Positions 1-11,900 of a stretch of DNA of 64,000 bases are shown here, piece after piece (positions within the stretch are counted from its first letter, which is position 1; each line of letters begins with the position of its first letter). Source of the DNA: Antedon mediterranea (Eukaryota; Animalia; Echinodermata); assembly GCF_964355755.1 (NCBI RefSeq), contig NC_092674.1, positions 23,932,001 through 23,996,000 on the forward strand, written 5' to 3'. The translations under genes were made by a program, and so were the position numbers. The notes beneath the pieces were generated by a model that saw only the letters and a program-made list of their open reading frames with translations, did not search any database and was not told the origin of the DNA.

Positions 1-1
1 A

Positions 2-286
2 ATTGCTGTTCTTCATTTTAAGGAGAGGTGTCCCGACACACCCGTGGTGTTAAAATCTCCCCATCCAAGAGACCATACGAAACTTCCGCAATTTATATAC
101 GGCAGTGATTACTTAATACATAGGTTGCGACAGGTTATGAAATCTGTATTTGCTGATACTGATGTGTTTTTTATGGACGTATGGGATTTGGTTAATTCTT
201 ACCACTCACAAAATGAAATTCATATGCCGTCACCAGTTATTCTACAAAAACTGTATATTTTCTTTTCGCATGTATGTAAGTTTTAA
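2..286 (+). CDS. NXPE family protein, C-terminal part of last coding exon (5' truncated by window)
   Basis: Open frame IAVLHFKERCPDTPVVLKSPHPR...SDYLIHRLRQVMKSVF...FMDVWDLVNS...EIHMPSPVILQKLYIFFSHVCKF* fits the NXPE C-terminal pattern (SDw..l..imr..F, D.Wd, H.P..vi...l..fls.iC); recognised from memory of the family. Confidence 0.75.
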   Translation: MAVLHFKERCPDTPVVLKSPHPRDHTKLPQFIYGSDYLIHRLRQVMKSVFADTDVFFMDVWDLVNSYHSQNEIHMPSPVILQKLYIFFSHVCKF

Positions 287-1041
287 AACCTCGCGGAAAC
301 TGAGTTTTAAATTAATTAGACTTAACAAAATACAATTAACGTTCACTCTTCCCCATGGGTGGATAGACTAAAAGATAATTCCAATAGTCAATAATCATCT
401 TTGGGTTTAAACAGGGAATTCGGCCAAAAGACCATACGCAATATCCAATTCCATAACTCAATATTTTAAAGAATGTCGATGCCATTGATCACTTTGTATT
501 GATGGCATTGCTCGGTAAACTGGAATGGATATCCAAATTGTCGATACCGTGAACAATTATATTGGTATTCTTTTCGATTTTACTTAATCCATGGTGAGAT
601 GATGACCAACCACGCCAATTAAGGTTGAACGATTTTAAAGACCTACTTTTATTACTTGGCAAAATAAAATGTCAACTTGTATATAAAAACCTGCTTTCTT
701 TGTATCATTAATGTCCGTCCAACGTAATTTTGGGGAGTTACATTTTAATTTTTAATTTTGTGTGTTTAAATTGCATGTGCTTCGTTTTAACTATCCTTTT
801 TGATATGTAATATAAGTAAATTTAAAATGTATAAACAAGGAGACATTTTTATATGTAGGCCTATAATACTGATGAATAAATTTAAAAATCTATAATAATT
901 AAATAATTAAAATGAATATAATTATGTAGAAATTTTATGAACTAATCTAATAACCTTTCAATACTGTTATATGTTATTGTTTTTTATGCCTATATGCCTT
1001 TTTTTGTGTGTATAATGTTGCAATTTTTGTACTAACATTTT

Positions 1042-1105
1042 TAGCGACTCTATAGCTAATGTCGGTCGGTTGGCTGGTTGGTTGGTCGGTTGGTCTGTAA
1101 ACACT
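1042..1105. repeat. Short GGTC/GGTT microsatellite, possible Helentron/DINE-like fragment
   Basis: ttttagcgactctatag followed by gtcggtcggttggctggttggttggtcggttggtctgt; family assignment is a guess. Confidence 0.3.
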
Positions 1106-1379
1106 AACTCAATATATGGCCTTGTTTCAGACTTTGTCTGCTTTTTGTAAATGTTTTCATTCTATAGCCTACCTGAATAAATAAATAAATAAGGTATATA
1201 CAGACAATTTCTTTTGATTTTCATATACTGTATATATATTAGTGATGTCACAAAATGCTTACCGTATTTTATTCGAATAACGTCGCTGGATGTTATTATT
1301 TTTTTCAGGAGGGTTTTTAGGGGGCGTTTATTCGAGGGAGACGTTTATTTGGAAGAGGTGTATATTTTTTGGGTGTATA

Positions 1380-1999
1380 CGGTAAATCGTATTGTAACCC
1401 ACACTCTAATGGTACTCCCAACCTTCTAGTAACCCACCTTATATTATATATAAGTTATAAGTCCATCTATAATAATCCACTACTCTAATAACCCATGGGT
1501 TACTACTAGAGTCACAAAAACTATTGACAAAATGACACTAAAATAAACTTTTAACATGATTTATTCCTTAAAATATTATTGTGTCAATGATCCTTATTGA
1601 TGTACTCCAGCTTTAGTATGCCTCGATTATTGTTCCAGTTTTAGTTCAAAATACGGATATTATACAACCCTTGACAGTTCATCAATCAATATTTTTTCGA
1701 TTTGTTTTCGGCTACAAGTAGTGACATACCGATCTCGGGAGTGGAGGAGGATTGAGTGTTTATTTTGAGTTTATAAAATGAAGTTAGAGTTCAACCAAAT
1801 TTGTTTATTCGTACTGTTTTATTATTTTGCTATATTAGGCCTATGAGTTGCTGACCGAAAAAGTTGAGGGAGTGGGTTACTATTTTCAGGTGCCTAATTT
1901 AAGATTAGTAATAGTAACCCACTGCTCTAATAGTAACCCCCCCTATAATAGTAACCAACCCTAAAGAAACAATCAGGGTTAGAATTAGAAGATTTACGG
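1380..1999. mobile_element. Degenerate TA-flanked MITE (pogo/Tc1-like)
   Basis: Left cggtaaatc...tgtaaccc and right gggttagaattagaagatttacgg-ta; internal repeated tagtaaccc motifs. Confidence 0.5.
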
Positions 2000-2355
2000 T
2001 AATCTAATAAACCCCGTATATGAAAAAAATATAATAATTTCAAGAAATGATAAAATACAGTAAAAATTGTAACAAAATAAAGTTGGTCAATTGTAGATCA
2101 TGGAATTCAATGATTTGTACTACAAATACAAATGCGTTGTAATACAATATTTAATGTATAGACTAATAATATAGGCCTAGGCCAACACGGGAAATAAATA
2201 AACGCCCCGGAGCGTTTATTCGAGAATAAACAAATTATAATATTAATATCAAAAACTAATTAAAACAAGTCTATCGCCCTCTATCTTTCTACATTACCAC
2301 AGCAGTACGTATGATGGCGGCTGTTTCGAAGTTTTAACAACAAAATAAAATTAAT

Positions 2356-5024
2356 ATGAGTAACCCATGGGATATCAAATCGAGATCTCCCAATCTTGGA
2401 GCAATTTTAAGGCTAGCTGAACGCACTGGGCATTTAACTCATCATGGAAAAGTATTTAGGCTAGGCCTAGGTCCAATGATCAATTATTAAATTATTAAAC
2501 TAGGCGTAGGGCCTACTAGGCCTAGCTAGAGGCTAGGCCCTCCCTAGGCCTAGCTAGGCTTATTATTAGGCCTAGCCTAGCTAGCCCTAGCTAGGCTAGG
2601 CCTATGCCTAATATAGATAGAAGAGGGAGGCATAATATGGTAGCTGTGGCTAGGCCCTCTAGCCTTTGGCTAGGCAAGGCCCTGTCCTCCTAAGGCTATA
2701 GTACTACTAGGCCTAGCCTATAGTTTGTATAATAGTAGTAGTAGGCCTAACCTAAGTAGAATAGTATAGCAAGCAAGCAAGGATAAGGATTAAGATAAGG
2801 TAGGCCTATAATAATCAATCAATTGAGGCTTGCTTTTCTGTCTGTATGTATAGATTGTAGATTTTGTTTTTTGGTCCAGATATTATTAATAATTATACTT
2901 GGTTTAGTTCTTTACTAATTATATTTTTTTTCAATGGTTTTTTTTCAGTTTAATATTCATGGTGATACCAAGGAACAGTCTAATAGAAACATTCCAAGCA
3001 TGTCGCACCATTCACTAAACTTGATTCAACAACTTAGAGAACTAAGTAAACAAGGAAAAGAACTAGACAAAGTATGCATAAAGTTCTGTCAACACTATCA
3101 AACTTTATGTCACAAAAAAATGTCATGTGCCCATATGGACATGATGATGTCATACCCTGTTTAAGCTTTCATTTCATACCATATTTGTGCACACTTTTTT
3201 TTTCAAACTAGTTTGATAGTGCAGACAGCTTTAGAAAAATAATTTAATTAGATTTAATAAAAAAATATACAATCCTCTATAAAAAAAAAACACCTGAAAA
3301 AAAAAAGGTATAATTTTCATAGTTTTAAGAGACTTTGCTCCTGAGAGTTTCTTAAATTCAATATTGTGTTCAACCATAATGCTATGTTCCATTACAAGGC
3401 TCTGTAGTAATGAGAAGTTTCCCCTCTTTTTCTTGCAGGTTTCTTTAGATATCCAATGCCGACTGCTGGATAAGGAGACTAGAGATATTACGCATGTAGA
3501 TATACTTGGTAATTTCTGCAAAATCTTTTTATGTAAAAATGTTGCTTTTTAATTTAGACAGACAGATCATAATCAGTAAATTGTGCCAACTTGTTGTAGG
3601 TGTGTTATAAAAATGAATGTGTTATAATAGTACAAATAATTTAATTCAACTAAACATTTATTCATCCAGTAAAAAGAAAAATAAACAATGAAAAAAAGAC
3701 ACAATTGAAAAAAGGGCAAAGGCCAAAAAAGTGAACAACAGATCAGAAAATGTTATCCTGTGAAAAAAATTGTTTGTGTCATCTTTCACCTGATGAAATT
3801 ATTTGTACCATTGCACTCATTAGCATGAATTAAATTGCGTAATGTGTAGTTCTATATTTTCTCATACCAGAATGTAAAATCTCTCAACTGAATGATTTAA
3901 CATCCCATCTTCAATCAGTTGTGAAAGCCAAGCACCAGCTAATAACACGGCTTCAACAGCCATTTGTTGGCGACTACGTCAAGATCGAAGCCACATACCA
4001 TCGTCACGTTCAAGACCTGTTCCCGTTGATGGCGACCTGTCTCGCAGATCTCTCGTCTAACTTGAACAACATTGATTGGACCAGTGAATTTGATCTGAAG
4101 AATGTCAAATTAGTAAGATATTTTAGCATGTATTGGCACACACATTCGAGCCGTTCGCTTAGTTGATGCGAAACTAAACCAGGGTTTTTACTCCCCCCCC
4201 CCCCCTCCGTGCCTTACTTGATGGCAAACTAAAGAGCTGGACATTCTATTATTGTTAGTTTTAAACCATTCAACTTCAATTGAGGAAATTTGGTTTGGGC
4301 TGACTTACGGCAGCCACAGTACTCTACCATGACAGAAGCCAATATGGACCAATACACTGAGTAAAACCCTACTGATGTAAACGATTATTATTACGTTTCT
4401 TTACCCAGGGTAGCCCAAACAGTTTAAACTGGTTTGTATTGAGGCCCTGCATGCAACATTATACATTGTTACAAACTCAGCAGAGACTAATTAGTTATCA
4501 ATACATCATACAATTTTGATTTGAAGACCCTTACAGAGTCTCGGTTCTCAAATCAACGGGCAAATTGTTCCATATTATTTGTTCCACTAACACAAAAACT
4601 TGTGATATACCTCTCCTTTTTTGCAAAAGGAACCTTAAGTTTCATGAGTTTTTGAAAGTGGCGTGAATAGGTCAGTCATGCCTATGGGTGTTCAGACAAA
4701 AGATGCACTGGGCTCTTTAAAATGTGCACAAGAAGACTTCTTCTACTAATGGCTGAGGAGAGACTTTTTGTTGATAGACCTTTTCATCTTTTTATGTATT
4801 TTCTATTTTTTTTCAAATTATATTTCTCTTTAATGAATAAAATTAATGAAATGAAGCTGAGCGGCATATAATTACTTTTTGCTAGCAAGTATATGTGTAT
4901 TTTACAAGCAATTTTTAATTATTTTTACTTGCAGAAAGAGACGCTAAGTTCTATATCTACCAGCCTTGCTCAGCTGCAGACCAGTTTCCAATCTCTTTGT
5001 CTAATGAGGGAATGCTTAGAGTGA
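2356..5024 (+). CDS. HAUS2: HAUS augmin-like complex subunit 2, 5 exons
   Basis: Exons 2356-2451, 2949-3071, 3439-3508, 3871-4112, 4935-5024, all GT-AG and phase-consistent. Peptides MSNPWD, LDKETRDITHVDIL and HLQSVVKAKHQLITRLQQP...KIEATYHRHVQDLF align with vertebrate HAUS2 (NPWD, LEKDTADVVH, HLEAVLKEKRSLRQRLLKP...IEAVYHRYM). Confidence 0.9.
3081..3232. mobile_element. High-copy ~150-bp MITE (TIR approx. agctctgtctacactatcaaact); representative copy
   Basis: tctgtcaacactatcaaactttatg...tttgatagtgcagacagct. Related copies at approx. 7007-7152, 10503-10612, 27957-28100, 36219-36352, 36570-36730, 42741-42870 and 47950-48078 share catatatggacatgatgatgtcatatcactaccatatttggg. Confidence 0.8.
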
Positions 5025-5905
5025 ACAGAGTTGAAAAACACATCATAGGCCCAGGACCATTCAGTAGTGAAGGACCCAAATATGAGTCCTCCCCTGGATA
5101 GTGGTTATTGATAGGCCTACAAGAAAATATCATATGCAACGTACCATGTAGTGGTGCTATAGGATTTAGTGTTTTTATTGATGAGCCTACAGGCACAGAT
5201 TTCGTGCTACATGTCAGCTAGTGGCACTTATCATTATCAAAATTTAGTATAATTAATACTGGTAAAAAATCATGGTATATAGTATTTTACATTGGCTGTC
5301 ATGTCAGATTTTATTCTGGCCAAATTCAGTAATTCCACTTTCACATCGCACTGGCACGCATACCATACAAAATTTTTGTTTAAGCTGGAGTTTTGCTAGG
5401 CGATGTGAAAAAGGTATTAGGCCCTTAATAGTCCAACATTTCTATATGCACTATTATTTTTTGTACATAAAACGTTTAAAACATTCAGAAAGTTTTTTAT
5501 AGAACTATAGTAAAATAAAAATGATTTAATATACAAATTGACTTTATGATGATTTGAAGAAAAACATTTAAAATCCAATAAATTAATATTTATGTTGGAA
5601 TATTTTGTTGTTCGTTGTTTTTTTTAAGGTTGTCTATTAATTATTATGGCCCAAAAAGCCGTCCATAAAATAGAAATTACCCCCTCTATAGTGTGTATTA
5701 CCGCCATGATGTTTTGATTTCGGGTGATGTTGTTTCGCCGTGGTGTAACCACATGTTCACATTGTTACCAGCCTAGCAAGGCAGCCTAGACCCAAGAAAA
5801 GTATATGAAAGTGCATCGACAAGTGTATGAATGTATAGCAGGTTAAATTAGATCAAGTACAACATTAATAAGACAACCCAAAGAAAAAAGTCACAAGGAA
5901 AGAAA

Positions 5906-8900
5906 ATGCTAGGCCCGACGAGCAACTCGTCGACGAGAAGAAGAAGGTCAGTCGGTGGGGAGAAAGAAGAGATCACTGAAGGGGTTGATAATGATATGTT
6001 GGGCTTAGGCCTAGACAATGAGCTTAAAGCAGATATTCCTGTTCCGCTTATGTTGCCTAGTAAACGTAGAAAAACTGCAAAAACATTGGGAGAGGAAGAA
6101 TCAGAAAAAAGAGCTGAACGTATGTTAGAAAAAGTTGTATTTGGAGGTGAGCAATCAACATTGGATAATTTATTTGCTGAGAAAATTAAATCTGATGAAG
6201 AATTAAATGAACAGGTAATTGCATTTAACTGTGTTGTTTTTACTAGACTAGGTCGAACTAATTGGTAAAGGTTCCATTTGCCAAATCATGATTTTTTGGA
6301 CAGAAAGAAGTGGTCAACTGTGCATGTTATTATTTTCTAGTGGTACAGTTGACCGTAATATGTCTGTTGTCAATTTCGGCAAGGAACCCTTGTAAATGAT
6401 TGGATGAACGTTGGTTGACCAAGCTGAGTGTCAGCCTCTAGACAAAATGTTCTCACATGGTCAATCGTGTCGATCGAAAATACTATAGAAAACTTTAAAT
6501 TCTTTGGACAGTTGAATGATAGCCTCTTATAAATTACTCGATTAATTATCAACTTTTTAATCATAGTTTTACATTTTTGTGTATAAATATGTTATAACAT
6601 GCTTCTATTTACATTTTTCTTAGATGTCTGGTGAAGAACTATTTTTTATAGACCGTGGTGACAATTCAGAGGGCGTTTTAGATCAATCAAAACCAAAGCC
6701 TGCATGGCATGACGAAGATGATGATCAAATAACGTATGTTCAGGGAATAATTTCGCCAGTGTAGCATAGCAAAAAGCTATACAAAACAACCTTTTTGCTA
6801 ATGATTGTGTAGCAAAAAACTATGTTTCTCAACTCAAAATTCTGTTTGATTAGCAACATTGCTAAACAAATTTTTAAGTTGAAATTTTTCCCTGATGTTT
6901 TGTTTTATTTTTATCCCATGGGTAATACTATTACTAATCGTAATGTATTTGATGAATGGGTGGAGGAGAGATATTTTATAGGATTTTCGTAATGGCCTAA
7001 GCCTATCTCTTTCTACACTATCAAACTTTATGTGACAAAAAATCATCGTGTCCATATATGGACACGATGATGTCATATCACTACCAATACCATATTTGGG
7101 CATATCATACCCATATTTGGGCACATCACACTTTTTTTTTGATAGTGTAGCATAATATCGTACTCAAACCAAGCATGGTATATTTGAAATCATCCCTTTT
7201 TTAGAGCGTATTAGTGCCCTATGGTACAGTATTATATTTATATTTAACTAGATTCTAAAGTCTAATGTTTTTCTTTCTAGCCACTGATTTAAAGATGTAT
7301 TGTCCCCAAAAAACATGAAAAATAAAGATTAATTAAATCAGACTTTGATTATGTTATTTTGTAGCTTTAATAAAGTTATTCATTTCCTTAAAAAAAAAAC
7401 GAAAAAAATAATGTTTTTACTTGTAAAATGATAAAATAAATGGCTAAATTCAACCAAAAATCCATTGGCTGGCAGCCAATTTGACCATTTTTTGCTTTAA
7501 ATTACATTCTTTTCAGGTAAATACATTTTTTTTCGATACAATTTTTGGTCAAAGTGGATAACTATTATGTTACATTAAAATGGAATATTCAACAAAAATT
7601 TGTTTTTTTCAGGAGGACAATACATCTTTAACAGAGATCTTTATTTTAAATTAATACTTTGCTATTTAAGAGACAAGGTTTAAAATTATTAATTTTTTCT
7701 GCAGGCTTAATATGACTGGACGTAAGAAACTTCAAGATATAAGACATAAAGATGAAAAGGAATTATCTGGAGATAAATTAAAGCAACGCTTAAAATCACA
7801 GTAATGTGAACCAAACTTTATTTTTCACACCACCCCACCTTATTTCTCTAGAAATGAAAATATTATAATAATATCAAATTTTACTTTTAGCCAAATGTCA
7901 ATCTCTCTCCCATTGGAATGGATACCAAATTAATTAACATCAATCTTTATAATTTAATATGATGGACAAATACAATATACTATGGCTATATATTTAAGTT
8001 ATATACCATTTTAGGCAATCTTTTCCCCTTCCCAATTGCTAAGTTTAAGCCCTAACTTGTCATCCTGATACTGTTACGTATATATTTGGATTGAACTTGT
8101 TAAATGCAGTTTTTTTAAACATTTATATGAATCATGAATCAAATTACGGGCTGCCTCTCAGACAGTGTCTGCATGCATTCTATCTTCTATATTCCAAAGT
8201 ATCCAAAATCTAATAAATTATATTTATTTTTAGGTTTGAAAATTTAACTGGATCAAAACCAAACTGGGCGAAGTTGAAATCGGAGAAAGAAGATCGTAAA
8301 AGAAAGGGTTAGCTATTAGCTGTAAATTGATATACATTAATATCATATGGCTGGGGATGAATTATTTAGATAAATAATTCCTCCATGAGATGACAATGAA
8401 ATTACAAAATTGGGACCATTTGCCTGCCCAAGGCATCCCATTTTTAGACATCCTGTCTCTGAAAATGTTGATAAAGGGATTAATTTTGGATTCTTTAATA
8501 ATCTACTGGGTTAATCAACCCTAAAGGCCAATTTACACAGACGAACAGTAAGCGGAAAGCCACGTTGATTGTCCCATTTACACAGCGCGGAATTCACGAG
8601 CGGTGTGGCAGAAAGTAGGTGCTTGTAGGCCTCAAGCCTAGTGCATGATGATGTCATGTCACTGCACATTCGTTGTGGTAGATAGATAGCGTGAAGTTGT
8701 GGTAGATAGATAGCCTTGAGCTGCGATAAATAAAGTAATAATAAATTCAGGCCTGTAACTGTATTATATTTTTTTCTTTACAAGATGCAAGCAGTGACGA
8801 AGAGGATGATGAGGAGGAAGACTTGATGAAGAGAACAGGCGATTATCTGGCCTCTTCAAAGTCACTGACAAAAGGCTTTATTGATGTTAAAAAGTACACT

Positions 8901-11900
8901 GATGCAAATAAAGCATCACCCTCTGAGGTAATAAGAAAAACATTGTTGCAGGGCATCATTTATAAGGAGCGCCTGCGCGACCGCGCTCCTCCGCGCTCCT
9001 CAACAGGCTTCGAGGAGAGCAATTTATCGCGCTCCTTAATTTTCAAAATAGAGCCTAGCTTTTGACAGTGTTGATTTTTCTGTCAAGAGGCCTAAAAACA
9101 CGTGGATTTTTAAAAGTTAAAACCAATCTAGGCCTAGGCTAATAATATATAAGCTAAGTTATAAAGCTACAAGCCTAATGGCAGTCCCTCGTTTTTAAGG
9201 ATCACGAGCGCGATCGCAATCAACAACCTTCGAAAAGGAGAGCAATTCATCGCGCTCCATCTCACAGTGCGAGGTACCAACAAAGGGGATTCCCCTGCCT
9301 GCACGCATTCGATTCAAGGGCGAGTTTACTTCATCGCCTCATAGTGCAACCAGTACGGTGTCATAGAAACACCTCCTTTACAGGAAGATCATGTCCCAAC
9401 CAATAATTTTTCTCTTTATGTTTTTATGGAACGAGTTAATAAAATATATTTAATTTTAAAAGGAAACATTAATATAGGAGGGCCTAAATATAATGTTTAT
9501 TATTTAAAAAAGCTTAGCTGCTGGTTGCTTTAATTATGTCATTTTGAAGATGGATTATTTCTTCGAAAGTTCTAACCAATTTTGGTCACTCAAATCCTCC
9601 TCAAAACATGTGCTGACGTGTGACGTCAGCATCTTCTAGAAGCTCTCTCAGCCCTCCCCTATTGTGCGTGCGCCCATGTGTGACACATGTAAACACGATC
9701 AAATATCTTTCTTAATTATTTTAAAATGACACTTTGTAACTTATTATCAATATTTTAATGGCTGTTGCATGTTAGAATTGTATAATTTATGAATTGCAGG
9801 TAAATACTTTTCAGGTTTTCTGTCTGATTTCTAGGCCAACAAGCTAGGCTAGAAAAGCTAGGCTAAAGGCATATAGTTGGCCAGGACAGGATTCTCCAGG
9901 CTCCTGAAACCCAATCTACCCAGGCAGGCCATAAAAAAAAAATTGGCTTGAGTTTTTTTACTGTAGAATAATACGATCCCCACGGAAAATACTGTGTGTA
10001 AAGGTGGGTGTGGGGGATTTTAGGGGAGAGGTACAGTATACATTTGTTGATATTTGAGGAGAGCGATTTAAAATTTTTGCAAGGAGAGCGAATTGCTCTC
10101 CTCGGTGATTTGAGGAGAGCGATTTGTTGCTCTCCTGGGTTTTGCATACGTGATGCCCTGTTGTTGGTTTTCAGAATTAATTCAATTCTCCTAGGTTGAG
10201 AACTAAAGGACCGAATCATTAAGAGAGGTCTAAAAAACAAATGACCTCTCAACCTATAATTAATTAACTTTTTTTGTAAAAGTTGTTTTCTACAAACCAA
10301 AGTTAGTGATAACTGTGCCCAAGAAACCAACTTACCTGGGTAAATTACTGAGTCTGAACAGGACCTAAGATTGGAATCATTTTTAATGATAGTTGATTGG
10401 TTGGTTGTTTTAGAGGTCTTAGTGATAGAGATCTGTCTAACTTTGAGGAGAAATTGGATGAAAAAGGCTCTACATGCCAGAGATGAAGACTTATTTTATC
10501 TAAAGCTCTGTCTACACCATCAAACTTTATGTGAACAAAATATGATGTGCCCATATGTAGACATGATGATGTCATATCACTGCCATATTTAAGCATATCA
10601 CTACCATATTTGGTATTTCAGGGTTGGATAGAGTCAGTAGAATTCCATCCCAATGCACATGTTCTACTTACAGCTGGAAAAGATCTGAGGTTGAACTTAT
10701 TTCAGGTAACATTATGGTTTCTAACTATGACAATCTAACAACAGGACACTCAGCTTGAATTGCCAAGATAGGAACTTGTAACAGTCCTTTGATCTTATGT
10801 CACAAATACCAACAGTACTGTACTATGTACAAATTCTTTGTGGCGTGGTGTCTATTAACCAAACGTTTTAGGAAGCCAATTGGCCAATCGAAAATCAGTC
10901 AAAAAATTTAGTGGGCATGGATCTGATCATGTCGCAGCTACAGATAAACCCTTTGATCTCCAGAGCTCAGCATCCTGTTAGAATACCTTGAACTAACAAT
11001 GAAATGACATTCACAAAATATTAGGTATAATTTAGGCAGACTAATTCTAAGCTTAGGTCATTGCAATCCAGCCCAGATTGTTGTGTGTCCAATCTGTGTC
11101 GCCTTAAAAAGTATTGACCAATGGCACTGACATTTTTAAGTATGTTGATATTTTTATTAGGTTGACGGTAAAAACAACCCTAAAATTCAGAGCGTGTTTA
11201 TGGAGAAGTTTCCAATAATGACGGCGCACTTCTCTGCAAATGGCGAGGAGGTCATCATGAGTGCAAAAAGCAAATGGTTTTATGTTTATGATATGATTGC
11301 TGGTAAAATTATCCACATTCCATATATAAGAGGTAAGAAAGACTAGTTTGAAGTTCATCACTGTTAAAACTTTATTAGCAAACACTATGCTACGATATTG
11401 ACATAATGCCGATCAATGAGCCCAGCTTGTCAAAGATTATGTAGCAAGATGGTCATCTTGTGTGAAATACATTTACTAATACTAATGACCCAAGTATAAT
11501 TCCATGCTTGAGTATAATTCCACCCCCTAATTTAGGCTAAATATGGACATAAGACTTTGCTTAAGTCCTTTGTAGCAATTCAAATATAATTCCACTGCTT
11601 AATTGCTTATTGAAATCCCTGGTAAACTGTATTTTGTAATATACAGTACTGTTTAAATCTCAATCATTTTATATAGTTTTTGTAGGTAGAATTAAATAAT
11701 GATGTTTTATTTTATCTTCCTCACAGGTATTCAGGAACGAAAGTTAGAAAAGTTTGAGGTGTCACCTGATGGCCAGTACTTGGCATTTCTTGGTAGCTAT
11801 GGGCAAATTTATTTACTGTCGGCTAAGGTAGATATACTATAATATTTTAATTTTTGTCCTAACAATTATCAAGTATCAAAGTTTCAAAGGACATTCAATA

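Noticed and set aside
5022-5048. Stop read-through or selenocysteine at the HAUS2 TGA
   Set aside because: Only 7 codons follow before TAG, and no SECIS-like structure was recognised.
9863-10330. 155-aa ORF duplicated as 20322-20711
   Set aside because: Both lie across the end of the family C transposon, with no transposase motifs; the identity reflects recent TE copying.
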